Shown: positions 31,240 to 40,385 of the stretch, one piece after another | Layout of the letters: each line of letters starts with the position of its first letter | How positions within the stretch are numbered: the first letter of the stretch is position 1 | DNA from: an uncultured Alphaproteobacteria bacterium | GTDB taxonomy: Bacteria; Pseudomonadota; Alphaproteobacteria; HIMB59 | Length of the DNA: 64,000 nucleotides | Direction of reading: 5' to 3' | Assembly (NCBI GenBank): GCA_902592365.1 | Contig: CACJEH010000001.1 | Location: forward strand, 29,101 to 93,100 | The notes under the pieces: model-generated | What the model was told of the DNA's origin: nothing | The model's database searches: none | What the model saw: the letters and a program-made list of their open reading frames with translations, nothing else | Position numbers and translations under genes: made by a program

Positions 31240-32894
31240 TGCAAATTGATTTAAGAAAACCAGAGTTGGTTATGAAATTAGATCGGCTAGGATCCTTTCA
31301 TCAATCTAAACTTTCTTTTCTTAGAAGTTTTATAAGAGAGTTCAAGAGTTGGGAATTTACAACTGAAAAATTTGCTCTAGACAAACAAGGATTTGGTCAT
31401 ATCGTTTATGTAGTAAATAACGGCCAAAAACAATACTCTCTCATTTGTTTTTCTAATCATATTGAGGATAGCGAGAGATCTGATCGAGTGATAGCCACAA
31501 AGTGGGATGCTTCATTTGTTTTATTTGATGGAGTTCCAAATGAAGAGGATATTGAAAGACTCAATAATAATGTACCTCTTCAAGAACAAGGAAGAGTAAG
31601 TGAAAAAGAGCTTTGTCTATCTCGAGCTAATAAATCAGTTCGTGTCTTTGAACATGTAGTAGATAAACTATCTAAAGGAGAGCAACCTAATACTAAACTC
31701 CTATATGACGTAGGTTATCTTTATAGAACTACCGCTGTTTATGGTTCAGGAAAATTTGGATTAGCTGACCGAATTAAAATTCAAAATCGAGAGGAACTTA
31801 AGGGGCCATTTAGGTTAGAAATGATGCTTGTGTATCTTGCAAGACAATTCACTTTTGATGTAGTAAATCATGTTGCTTACTCTCGTTCACCAAATAAAGC
31901 GGTGAAGTTGAAAGGAGATATTGCTAGAAATTTAGGTATTGGCAATTCTACAGGATTGGGAATGGCTCCATTTATAGTTAATCATCCAGCTTTATTAAAT
32001 CAATGGATCATTGCAAAAGAAAAAGCATTAAAAGCAATTCGCTCAATTTCTTCAGTAAGCCAAAAAGATAAAGATATTTTACAATCTTATCTATCTATAA
32101 TTCGGGAGAATATTAAATTTTGGAAAACAGAAAGTGATTTCCAAAAGAAAAAGAATAATCAACTTTTAAAAGATTTAAGTATTTTTCAAAAATTTTACTC
32201 ATCATTTCCTCTAAATAAATTTTTTTGGAATTCTATATATGAATGGACAGAAGCTAATACTCAATCTGAATGCTGTGAATTTATCATTTCGTTAATGATG
32301 GAGGTCTATCCTGATATAGTGGAACCTTTAAGTTTTGAAATGTCAATAAACGAAGATGAGTACTTTGATATTGACACATCAAGAACTATTAAAGAGGTGT
32401 GTCAGTTAATAGAGGATCAATATACTTGGCTTCTAGATATTAATTTTGATGATAAAGAAAATATTTTAAATTTTTGGTATTACTCAAAAAACAAACAAGA
32501 ACCTCGGATGTCAGATAGATTCACTGAAGAGGGTTCAGATTTAGAACTACCCTTGGCTATTGCGAGAGATGTAAGTGCACTTTATGACGATCTAAAATCA
32601 TGTAACTTAGAGAAAGACCTAGGGTATTATTTGTTAAAAAACCAAGAATACCGTCACATATTAAGAAGAGTATTAATATGCGAGAAACTTCCCTATTCTG
32701 AAATACAAGATAACACTACTTCAAAAACTTTAATACCTGTAGATATGATTCGATTAAAACTATCATTTTTTGGTGCAACTCGCTTTGACCCTCGTTCTGA
32801 TCGATGGGTAAGAATTACGATGTATCAAGGTGCTCCATTAATGAGAGAAATAAGTAAATCTGATGATACTTGGTCTTATAAAAAGATAGCTTAA
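31239..32894 (+). CDS. Conserved hypothetical protein of the ALDH/M19/DUF3726 cluster
   Basis: RSDRVIA..WD, SRANKS.R.F, GYL.RTTAVYG.GKFG, GIGNSTGLGMAPF...HP, FDPRSDRW.RITMYQGAP; coupled by TAATG overlaps on both sides. Confidence 0.85.
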   Translation: MQIDLRKPELVMKLDRLGSFHQSKLSFLRSFIREFKSWEFTTEKFALDKQGFGHIVYVVNNGQKQYSLICFSNHIEDSERSDRVIATKWDASFVLFDGVPNEEDIERLNNNVPLQEQGRVSEKELCLSRANKSVRVFEHVVDKLSKGEQPNTKLLYDVGYLYRTTAVYGSGKFGLADRIKIQNREELKGPFRLEMMLVYLARQFTFDVVNHVAYSRSPNKAVKLKGDIARNLGIGNSTGLGMAPFIVNHPALLNQWIIAKEKALKAIRSISSVSQKDKDILQSYLSIIRENIKFWKTESDFQKKKNNQLLKDLSIFQKFYSSFPLNKFFWNSIYEWTEANTQSECCEFIISLMMEVYPDIVEPLSFEMSINEDEYFDIDTSRTIKEVCQLIEDQYTWLLDINFDDKENILNFWYYSKNKQEPRMSDRFTEEGSDLELPLAIARDVSALYDDLKSCNLEKDLGYYLLKNQEYRHILRRVLICEKLPYSEIQDNTTSKTLIPVDMIRLKLSFFGATRFDPRSDRWVRITMYQGAPLMREISKSDDTWSYKKIA

Positions 32895-33490
32895 TGCATT
32901 CTTTATATGAAATCGAAACAACAATTAAAAGATCATCACGTGCTGAAGGATTAAGCTGGGGTGTTTCTGAAGAAGCTGGAAAAGCAGTCAGATTACTAGA
33001 ACAATCAGAATTTCAAGGATTAGAGAGTTTTAGGAGACTCATTGACTTAGGGCTTAATAACCTTAATAAACTTTTGGATGTGGATCAATCTAATACAAGA
33101 AATCTTTGTCCCATACATTTTGGAATTTTCTTTCTTGATCAATCCCATAATAAAGAATTACACCGTACTTATAATTTTAAAAATATAAATGAGCCTCTGT
33201 TAATTGTTCCTTTCTTATCCAAGTCAGCAAAAAAAAACCTACTATATTTTCATTTAAAATCGCCAGATTTAAATTTTACTATAAGTCCTGGGGGAATTTA
33301 TTTTATAAATGAAAATTTTTTTCCTAAGAATTTAACAGACTTTTCTCTAACAATATCAACAAATAGAAAAAGTAAATATACCCAAAGTTCTTGGGACTAT
33401 CTTTATAAACTATCACTAGATACTTTTGTTGAAGAAACAGAAGAAAAAAAAATTTCAGGAGCTGGTGCTGGTTTGACAGATAATGACTAG
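32894..33490 (+). CDS. DUF3726-like protein
   Basis: SL.EI.....R..R..GL.WG..EEAG at the N-terminus; C-terminal GAGAGLTDND. Confidence 0.75.
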   Translation: MHSLYEIETTIKRSSRAEGLSWGVSEEAGKAVRLLEQSEFQGLESFRRLIDLGLNNLNKLLDVDQSNTRNLCPIHFGIFFLDQSHNKELHRTYNFKNINEPLLIVPFLSKSAKKNLLYFHLKSPDLNFTISPGGIYFINENFFPKNLTDFSLTISTNRKSKYTQSSWDYLYKLSLDTFVEETEEKKISGAGAGLTDND

Positions 33491-34538
33491 TAGTAAAATT
33501 ATTGGAATTACAGTTATTAGTCTAATTTACCTTTTTACAATTTTTTTAAGTCAACCCTTGAGTTACATTTTAAATTTATCATCTTTACCGATAAGCTTAC
33601 TTTGTCTAATCTCAGGAATATTATTTTTTAATTTATTTCAATTTTCTGAGAGGGTTCAAAAGGGACGGGACTTTATTAAGAAAAATATTCTCCAATTGGC
33701 TATAGTATTACTCGGAATAAAAATAAGTTTTGCTCAACTTGCCAATGTTAGTATTCAATCAATAAGTATAATAATTATTGTATTTTTATTGATATTCTTG
33801 ACATATTTAGTTCTTTCAAAGTTATTGCCACTTCAGAAAGAACTATCAAAATTACTCGCTATTGGTACGTCAATTTGTGGTGTAACTGCAATAATGGCCA
33901 CCTCAAGTGTTTTAAAATCTAAAGATAATGATGTTGGTATAGCAATATTGATAGTTATCATTTGGGGTAGCCTAGCAGTGCTTATTTATCCTTTTTTTAT
34001 AGAGTGGTATTTCATATCAGATATTGCAAAGGGTATCTTTTTAGGAGTTGGGATCCATGATACTAGTCAGGTATTAGCTGCAGCAATGGTATATAGTGAC
34101 TTATACCATAATGATAAGGTTCTTGAAATTGCTACTATCACTAAACTTCTTAGAAATTTATTTCTTGTATTATTGATTCCATCATTATTGATTTTAAAAA
34201 ATAGAAAAGAAAATGAGACTCTTAAGAATTTTCAGATATTAAAAAGTATTAAAAGTTCAATACCTTTATTCGTAATAGGTTTTATTTTTTTAATAATTAT
34301 TCGAACAATGATAGATGTCTTTTATTCAAACTCCTATACATGGGAAAACACCATAGTTATCATAGAAAATATAATTACTATCCTATTTGGTTTAGCATTA
34401 ACCGCACTTGGTGCTTCTATCAATTTAAAAAAAATTTTCAATCAAGGCTTTATTCCTATAATTATTGGAATGATGTATAGTCTTGTTACTTTTTTTACTT
34501 TATGTATATTAGTTTATTTACTAGGTCTTAATCTTTAA
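33483..34538 (+). CDS. YeiH/UPF0324 (putative sulfate exporter) membrane protein
   Basis: IGTSICG..AI.A, G..IHDTSQV.AA, ATITKL.R. Confidence 0.85.
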   Translation: MTSSKIIGITVISLIYLFTIFLSQPLSYILNLSSLPISLLCLISGILFFNLFQFSERVQKGRDFIKKNILQLAIVLLGIKISFAQLANVSIQSISIIIIVFLLIFLTYLVLSKLLPLQKELSKLLAIGTSICGVTAIMATSSVLKSKDNDVGIAILIVIIWGSLAVLIYPFFIEWYFISDIAKGIFLGVGIHDTSQVLAAAMVYSDLYHNDKVLEIATITKLLRNLFLVLLIPSLLILKNRKENETLKNFQILKSIKSSIPLFVIGFIFLIIIRTMIDVFYSNSYTWENTIVIIENIITILFGLALTALGASINLKKIFNQGFIPIIIGMMYSLVTFFTLCILVYLLGLNL

Positions 34539-35081
34539 TTAATTCTTTAAAAGTTTTAACTTACTTCTTACTACTTCATCATGAGGAAGTACTCTTTCTA
34601 GATCTTTATATGTATAATAGGCTTCACTTTTTTTATTTTGTTTTTCATAGATAAAAGCTAATACTCTTAATGCATCAAAATGTCTTGGCTCCAAAGACAA
34701 AACACTTAAAAGATCTAAACGTGCTTCGTTGATTTCTCCTTGGTAATAATGAATTATTGCTCTTTGATAATAGGCGTCCATAAAGTCATTTTGCTCATTT
34801 ATTATTATAGAAAGAATATCCTCAGCATCTTGGTACTGTTTGAATTTTATTAATTGCCCGATATTATTCATTTTTTGTTGTATTTCCTCACTCCTTGATA
34901 GTTTCCAAATTCGCATTATGGCTCCCTTTACTTCTTTTTGAGACTCATCATCTAATGGCTCTTGAAGTAACTCTAAGAGATAGTCCACTCGATCAGAATT
35001 ACTTGAATAAGAATGAAATATTGGAATATGACATGTAAGAAATATTATAAAAATAAAAAAATATCGTTTGCTTTGTATCAA
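34539..35081 (-). CDS. TPR-repeat protein with a signal peptide
   Basis: AYYQRA..HYYQG....A..DL..VL.LEPRHF.AL pattern. Confidence 0.75.
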   Translation of the reverse strand: MIQSKRYFFIFIIFLTCHIPIFHSYSSNSDRVDYLLELLQEPLDDESQKEVKGAIMRIWKLSRSEEIQQKMNNIGQLIKFKQYQDAEDILSIIINEQNDFMDAYYQRAIIHYYQGEINEARLDLLSVLSLEPRHFDALRVLAFIYEKQNKKSEAYYTYKDLERVLPHDEVVRSKLKLLKN

Positions 35082-35110
35082 GAATACATATTAACTAAGC
35101 CAGAAATTTT

Positions 35111-36214
35111 ATGAACCATTTAATTGCAAAAAGTGCACGACTTCGCTCCACACCATATACTAAAAGGATAGAAGAGTATGGGGTACAATCATATACAGTT
35201 TATAATCATATGCTTTTACCTGCTTCATTTAAAGGCATAGAAGAAGACAGTCGACATCTTAAAAATAATGTTCAACTTTGGGATGTATCAGGAGAGAGAC
35301 AAGTTCAAATTCAGGGCCCTGACGCAGCAAAACTTACACAATTAATTACTTGTAGAGATTTATCTGAGGCTAAAGATTATCTTTGTTATTATGCACCAAT
35401 TGTTGATAACAAAGGTAAGATTATCAATGATCCACTGATAATGAAAGTTGGGGAAAGCACATGGTGGCTTTCCATAGCAGATACTGATGTACTTCTCTAT
35501 GCTAAAGGAATTGCAATAGGTATGAATCTTGATGTAGAAATTACTGAACCCAACGTAAACATTCTTGCAGTTCAAGGGCCAAAATCATTTGAACTGATGT
35601 CAAGGGTATTTAAGGACATAGATAAGTTAAAATTTTTCAACTTTAAAAGATTTGATTTTCAAAATCATAAATTTTTAATCGCCAGATCAGGTTGGTCCAA
35701 ACAAGGTGGATTTGAAATTTATGTAGATAATGATGAAATCGGTCTTAATCTTTATGATACCCTTATGTCTAAGGGAAAAGATTTAGATGTAAGACCAGGT
35801 TGTCCAAATTTAATAGAAAGAATAGAGGGTGGTTTATTATCTTTTGGAAATGATATGAATATGAATGACAGTCCACTGGAGTGTGGTTTGGGTTCTTTTG
35901 TTTCTTTCAATCCCAAAATAGATTATTTAGGAAAAGCTGAATTAGAAAAACAGCACAAAGAGGGAGTCAAGAGATCTTTAGTTGGTTTAAAATTTAAACT
36001 GGATAAAATTGAAATTACAAAAGCACTATCTTTAAAAATAGGTAATAACAGAATAGGTGAGTTAAGAGCTGCATGCTTTAGTCCAGATTTTGGCTGTTGT
36101 CTTGGAATAGCCATGGTGCAAACCCAATATCAAACTTTAGAAAAAAAACAGGTACTTCTTCTTGATGGTCAAGAGATTGAGTCTGAAATGACAAAGCTCC
36201 CCTTCAATAAATAA
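35111..36214 (+). CDS. dmdA: Dimethylsulfoniopropionate demethylase
   Basis: RLRSTPY, YTVYNHMLLP, WDV..ERQV, ARSGWSKQGGFEIY and GCPNLIERIE match SAR11/Roseobacter DmdA. Confidence 0.9.
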   Translation: MNHLIAKSARLRSTPYTKRIEEYGVQSYTVYNHMLLPASFKGIEEDSRHLKNNVQLWDVSGERQVQIQGPDAAKLTQLITCRDLSEAKDYLCYYAPIVDNKGKIINDPLIMKVGESTWWLSIADTDVLLYAKGIAIGMNLDVEITEPNVNILAVQGPKSFELMSRVFKDIDKLKFFNFKRFDFQNHKFLIARSGWSKQGGFEIYVDNDEIGLNLYDTLMSKGKDLDVRPGCPNLIERIEGGLLSFGNDMNMNDSPLECGLGSFVSFNPKIDYLGKAELEKQHKEGVKRSLVGLKFKLDKIEITKALSLKIGNNRIGELRAACFSPDFGCCLGIAMVQTQYQTLEKKQVLLLDGQEIESEMTKLPFNK

Positions 36215-36252
36215 TAATTGCTTTTTTAAACTAAAAGTTTAAAAAATCTCCG

Positions 36253-37506
36253 GTGTTGAACGTCATATATAGCTCTTGGGCTCTATTTACAGGTTTTGGA
36301 TTTATTATGCTTGCACATTCTTTGCAAGGAACCTTGTTAAATATTAATGCCGTATTATTTAACTTTTCCGATTTTGAAATTGGATATGTCTTTACAGGTT
36401 ATTTTATAGGTTATTTAGCAAGCTCATATATTTGTCCCAAAATTATCAAAAATGTGGGACATATAAGAGTATTTGCAGCATTCGCATCAATCGCTTCCAT
36501 TACGATTTTATTTCATTGGATTTATGCTCACCCATATTTTTGGTTTTTTTTAAGACTACTCACGGGGTTTTCATTGGCAGCAATATATATCGTTTGTGAA
36601 AGTTGGCTAAATGATCGTGCTGATAATAGAACAAGGGGGAAGCTCATTGGATTTTACATGGTGATATTATACTTATCAACTAGTGGGGGTGGTTTGCTAA
36701 TAAATCTAAAAGAGACTACTGAGGCACACTTATATATTCTAACATCTTTATTAATTTCTTTTGCTTTAGTTCCAATTTTGCTTACTAAAAAATCAGCACC
36801 AGAATTTTCTACACCTAAGTTCATATCTTTAAAAAATCTATATAAAAATTCTCCCATGTCTTTTATCGGTTCTTTTGGTATTGGAATGATATATGGAGCA
36901 TCATTTGGATTAATTGCAGTTTTTGGAGCTAAGTCAGGCTTAAGCATTTTTCAAATTTCTATACTTGTTTTTGTAAATACTTTCATTGGAGCTTTATTTC
37001 AGTATCCGGTTGGTAAATTATCGGATGGGTTTGATAGAAGAATAATTTTACTGATATTAAATATCATTGCTTTGATTTCATCTATTTGTGTAATTATTTT
37101 CGGATCTTTTTCATTTAATATTCTTTTATTATTTGTTGGAATACATTCAGCTGTATCTCTTCCTTACTATGCAGTTGTTATTTCTCACCTAAATGATTTT
37201 TTAGAAAAGGATGAGGTTGTTTCTGCTAGCTCAACTCTGACATTAGTTAATGCATTAGGTTTAGTTTTAGGGCCAATTATCGTCTCTGGATTTATGTCTT
37301 ATTTTGATGCCTATGGATTGTTTTATTATTGTGCAATAGTTTATGTTTTTCTGGCACTATTTACCTATCAAAGAGTAAGAGTTGGAAGAACTAGTGATAT
37401 TTATGATGATAATACACCATCAATGGTTGTGCCTCGCACCGCTTCCGCAATTGGAATGCAAACTGCTACTGAACAAATGATTAGTAAAATTGAAGAAAAA
37501 GAGTAA
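36253..37506 (+). CDS. MFS transporter (YcaD-like)
   Basis: VGHIRVFAAFAS, ESWLN, QYP.G.LSD..DRR. Confidence 0.85.
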   Translation: MLNVIYSSWALFTGFGFIMLAHSLQGTLLNINAVLFNFSDFEIGYVFTGYFIGYLASSYICPKIIKNVGHIRVFAAFASIASITILFHWIYAHPYFWFFLRLLTGFSLAAIYIVCESWLNDRADNRTRGKLIGFYMVILYLSTSGGGLLINLKETTEAHLYILTSLLISFALVPILLTKKSAPEFSTPKFISLKNLYKNSPMSFIGSFGIGMIYGASFGLIAVFGAKSGLSIFQISILVFVNTFIGALFQYPVGKLSDGFDRRIILLILNIIALISSICVIIFGSFSFNILLLFVGIHSAVSLPYYAVVISHLNDFLEKDEVVSASSTLTLVNALGLVLGPIIVSGFMSYFDAYGLFYYCAIVYVFLALFTYQRVRVGRTSDIYDDNTPSMVVPRTASAIGMQTATEQMISKIEEKE

Positions 37507-37514
37507 TTTTTTAA

Positions 37515-37979
37515 TTGATGGATTTCGAAGCCAAGATAGCTGAATTAGGACTTTTAATACCAAAACCTGCTAAACCTGCAGGGAGTTATAAACCCTGCGT
37601 TATTGTTGATAATATTGCATATATATCTGGTCAAGGCCCATTACTTGAGGATGGGTCTTTTGCAAAAGGAAAAGTTGGGGCTGATGTTGATTTAGAGACA
37701 GCTCAAAATCACGCTAGGCTATGTGGATTAGCTATCTTATCTGCTTTAAAAAATGAAATAGGATCAATTAATCAAGTAGATCAATTAATAAAACTGACAG
37801 GTTTTGTAAATTGTATTGAGAGCTTCACACAGCAACCTTTAGTAATCAATGGTTGCTCGAATATGATGAAAGATATTTTTGGCGAGACTGGTGTTCATGC
37901 TCGAGCTGCAGTAGGAGTTAATTCTTTACCTTTAGGTTTTACGGTAGAAATTGAGGCAATTTTTAAAATCAAGAATTAA
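37515..37979 (+). CDS. RidA/YjgF family protein
   Basis: ISGQGP, INGCS.....FGE.G.HARAAVG..SLP....VEIE. Confidence 0.88.
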   Translation: MMDFEAKIAELGLLIPKPAKPAGSYKPCVIVDNIAYISGQGPLLEDGSFAKGKVGADVDLETAQNHARLCGLAILSALKNEIGSINQVDQLIKLTGFVNCIESFTQQPLVINGCSNMMKDIFGETGVHARAAVGVNSLPLGFTVEIEAIFKIKN

Positions 37980-38044
37980 TTTCTTAATTGACAATTAATT
38001 AAATTTAGCAAAATATTTAATTATAAATATTTAGGGTTTGAATT

Positions 38045-39169
38045 ATGGATTTTCAATTTGAAAACAACACTATTAAGATAATTCATCAAAATAAGACATT
38101 TCATTTGCATCCTATTTGGTTAAGAGAAAGACTACCAGGTGAAAATTATTTTGATTTAGATACTAATCAAAGATTATATGAACCATCCTCAATAGACCTA
38201 AAATTGAAAATTACAAGTTGCAAATTATCAGATCACAAACTTGATGTTGAATTTAATGATGGGGCAAAAGGTCAATATCGTTTAAATGATCTTTTGATAG
38301 AAATGGATGAAGAAAAAAATAAAAGAGGACCCTTGCCAAAAAGAATTTTGTGGAATTCTCAACTAGAAGTTATACCTCAGGCTATTTTTGAAGTAGATAT
38401 GGTTGAAAAAGAGTCTATGTATAATCTTCTTATGGATTTTTATAAATATGGATTTGTTATTATTAAAAATGTACCAACTGAAAGTAAGTATTTATTAAAA
38501 TTTGTAAATTCAATAGGCCCAGTTAAGGTCACAAATTTTGGAGAATTTTTTGATGTAATGTCTAAACCAAATCCAAATGACCTAGCCTATAAACCTATTG
38601 CATTACCACCTCATACCGATAACCCTTACAGAAAACCAGAAGCACCTGGAATACAGTTTTTGCACTGTTTAAAAAACGAAGTAAGTGGTGGTTTTTCTAC
38701 TCTTGTTGATGGTTTTTCAGTTGCAGAATATATTAAATTAAATGAGCCAGAAGCATTTGAGTCTTTAACCAAAACAAATCTACGTTACCGATTTCAAGAT
38801 AAAGATATAATTTTAGAAAATTGGGGAGAGTTAATTGAATTAGACAAGGATGGCGACTATAAGCAAGTCAGGTATAGTACCAGAGTTGATTACGTGCCAC
38901 CTTTAGAAAATAAAAAATTAGAGAGTTTTTACAAAGCGAGAAAATTATTAGGAGATTTATACACTTCATCTGACTTCGAGATTAAATTTAAGCTATCACC
39001 AGGAGATGTAATGATGTTTGATAATCACAGACTTCTCCATGGAAGAACCTCTTATGACTCGAGTGAGGGAGCTAGACACTTACAAGGTTGTTATCTAGAG
39101 TTTGACTCGACCGATGGAAAATTGAGATATTTACATGAAAAATATCATATAAGTGAGACAAATTTATGA
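38045..39169 (+). CDS. Fe(II)/2-oxoglutarate dioxygenase, gamma-butyrobetaine hydroxylase/TmpA-like
   Basis: N-terminal WLRE..QR domain; HTDNPYR (HxD), DNHRLLHGR, RHLQGCY. Confidence 0.85.
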   Translation: MDFQFENNTIKIIHQNKTFHLHPIWLRERLPGENYFDLDTNQRLYEPSSIDLKLKITSCKLSDHKLDVEFNDGAKGQYRLNDLLIEMDEEKNKRGPLPKRILWNSQLEVIPQAIFEVDMVEKESMYNLLMDFYKYGFVIIKNVPTESKYLLKFVNSIGPVKVTNFGEFFDVMSKPNPNDLAYKPIALPPHTDNPYRKPEAPGIQFLHCLKNEVSGGFSTLVDGFSVAEYIKLNEPEAFESLTKTNLRYRFQDKDIILENWGELIELDKDGDYKQVRYSTRVDYVPPLENKKLESFYKARKLLGDLYTSSDFEIKFKLSPGDVMMFDNHRLLHGRTSYDSSEGARHLQGCYLEFDSTDGKLRYLHEKYHISETNL

Positions 39170-39771
39170 CTGAGAAAAATGTAAAATTTAAACATATGAA
39201 AGATGGAGATAAAGAAGATTATCTATTGCTCCAAAAATATGAAGAAAAGTATGTGTCTTTGACATACGAAAGAATAATCGAAGAACTTACAAGACAAGGA
39301 AAAAATACTATGGAGGGTTACAAGATAACAAGATTAGATCATGGTCTACAATCAGCTACTAGAGCTTATAATGATGGAGCTGACATTGATTGGATTGTTG
39401 GTGCCTTACTTCATGATATTGGAGATGGGCTTGCCCCTCAAAATCACGATAGGTTTTCTGCTGAAGTTGTAAGACCTTATGTAAGAGATGAAATAACATG
39501 GGTGATTGAGCATCATGGAATTTTTCAAATGATCTACTATGCTCATCATTATGGATGGGATAAAAATGCTAGAGATAAATTTAAAGATAATATTTATTTC
39601 CAAACTTGCTCAGATTTCTGTGAAAGATGGGATCAAAAATCTTTTGATCCCGAATATGAAAATAAAGATCTAGATTTCTTTAAACCTTTGATTAAAGAGG
39701 TATTTAGCAGACCTCCCTACAAAGATGAATACATCAAAAAAAATGAAGTTTTAGGTTTACCAAAGGTTTAA
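39166..39771 (+). CDS. HD-domain metalloprotein (PhnZ/MIOX-like di-iron oxygenase candidate)
   Basis: H.LQSATRA, ALLHDIGD, NH, EHHG, WDQ; ATGA overlap with the dioxygenase. Confidence 0.8.
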   Translation: MTEKNVKFKHMKDGDKEDYLLLQKYEEKYVSLTYERIIEELTRQGKNTMEGYKITRLDHGLQSATRAYNDGADIDWIVGALLHDIGDGLAPQNHDRFSAEVVRPYVRDEITWVIEHHGIFQMIYYAHHYGWDKNARDKFKDNIYFQTCSDFCERWDQKSFDPEYENKDLDFFKPLIKEVFSRPPYKDEYIKKNEVLGLPKV

Positions 39772-39811
39772 ATCTATAAATCCAGATAATTTAAAGTAAG
39801 TATATATTGTC

Positions 39812-40336
39812 ATGAGAATTTTCTTGATAGCTTTGAGTATTTTACTCACAAGCATAGGGAGCATTATGGCGAAAAACTTATATGACTTTAGTATTCAAGA
39901 TATTGATGGAAACATAGTTAATCTTGACAAATTTAAAGGTAAACCCATTCTTCTGGTTAATACTGCTAGTAGATGTGGTTTCACAAAACAATACGCTAAT
40001 CTATCCAATCTTCATCGTGAGTATTTTGAAAAGAATTTAGTAATTATTGGAACTCCTTCTGATAGTTTTCATCAAGAGCTAAGAAATAATGAGGAAGTTA
40101 AAGAATTTTGTTTAGTTAATTATGAAACCAAATTTATTATATCAGAAATTATCAGTGTTGTTGGTGAAAATGCCCATCCAATATACAGTTGGATGACATC
40201 AGAGTATAATGAAACTCCTAAATGGAATTTTTATAAGTATCTCTTTGATGCAGAAGGTCAATTAGTTAAAAGTTGGTCCTCTATGACCAAACCTGACAGT
40301 TCAAAAATTACAAGTTTAATTGATGAGTTAATATAA
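39812..40336 (+). CDS. Glutathione peroxidase family protein (Cys type)
   Basis: VNTASRCGFT.QY, F.QE and PKWNFYKYL motifs. Confidence 0.9.
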   Translation: MRIFLIALSILLTSIGSIMAKNLYDFSIQDIDGNIVNLDKFKGKPILLVNTASRCGFTKQYANLSNLHREYFEKNLVIIGTPSDSFHQELRNNEEVKEFCLVNYETKFIISEIISVVGENAHPIYSWMTSEYNETPKWNFYKYLFDAEGQLVKSWSSMTKPDSSKITSLIDELI

Positions 40337-40366
40337 AAAAAGGGGCACATAATGTGCCCCTTTTTT
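40336..40366. terminator. Bidirectional intrinsic terminator
   Basis: AAAAAAGGGGCACAT-A-ATGTGCCCCTTTTTT between the convergent gpx and amtB genes. Confidence 0.88.
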
Positions 40367-40385
40367 AGGAGTACTATAAATAAGA

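Noticed and set aside
37984-38032. AT-rich palindromes over the TTGACA upstream of the dioxygenase (possible BetI-like operator)
   Set aside because: Almost all A/T, so such symmetry is expected by chance in this genome.
39812-40336. Selenoprotein recoding in Gpx (also checked MsrB and SelD)
   Set aside because: Active-site codons are TGT/TGC (Cys); there is no in-frame TGA.
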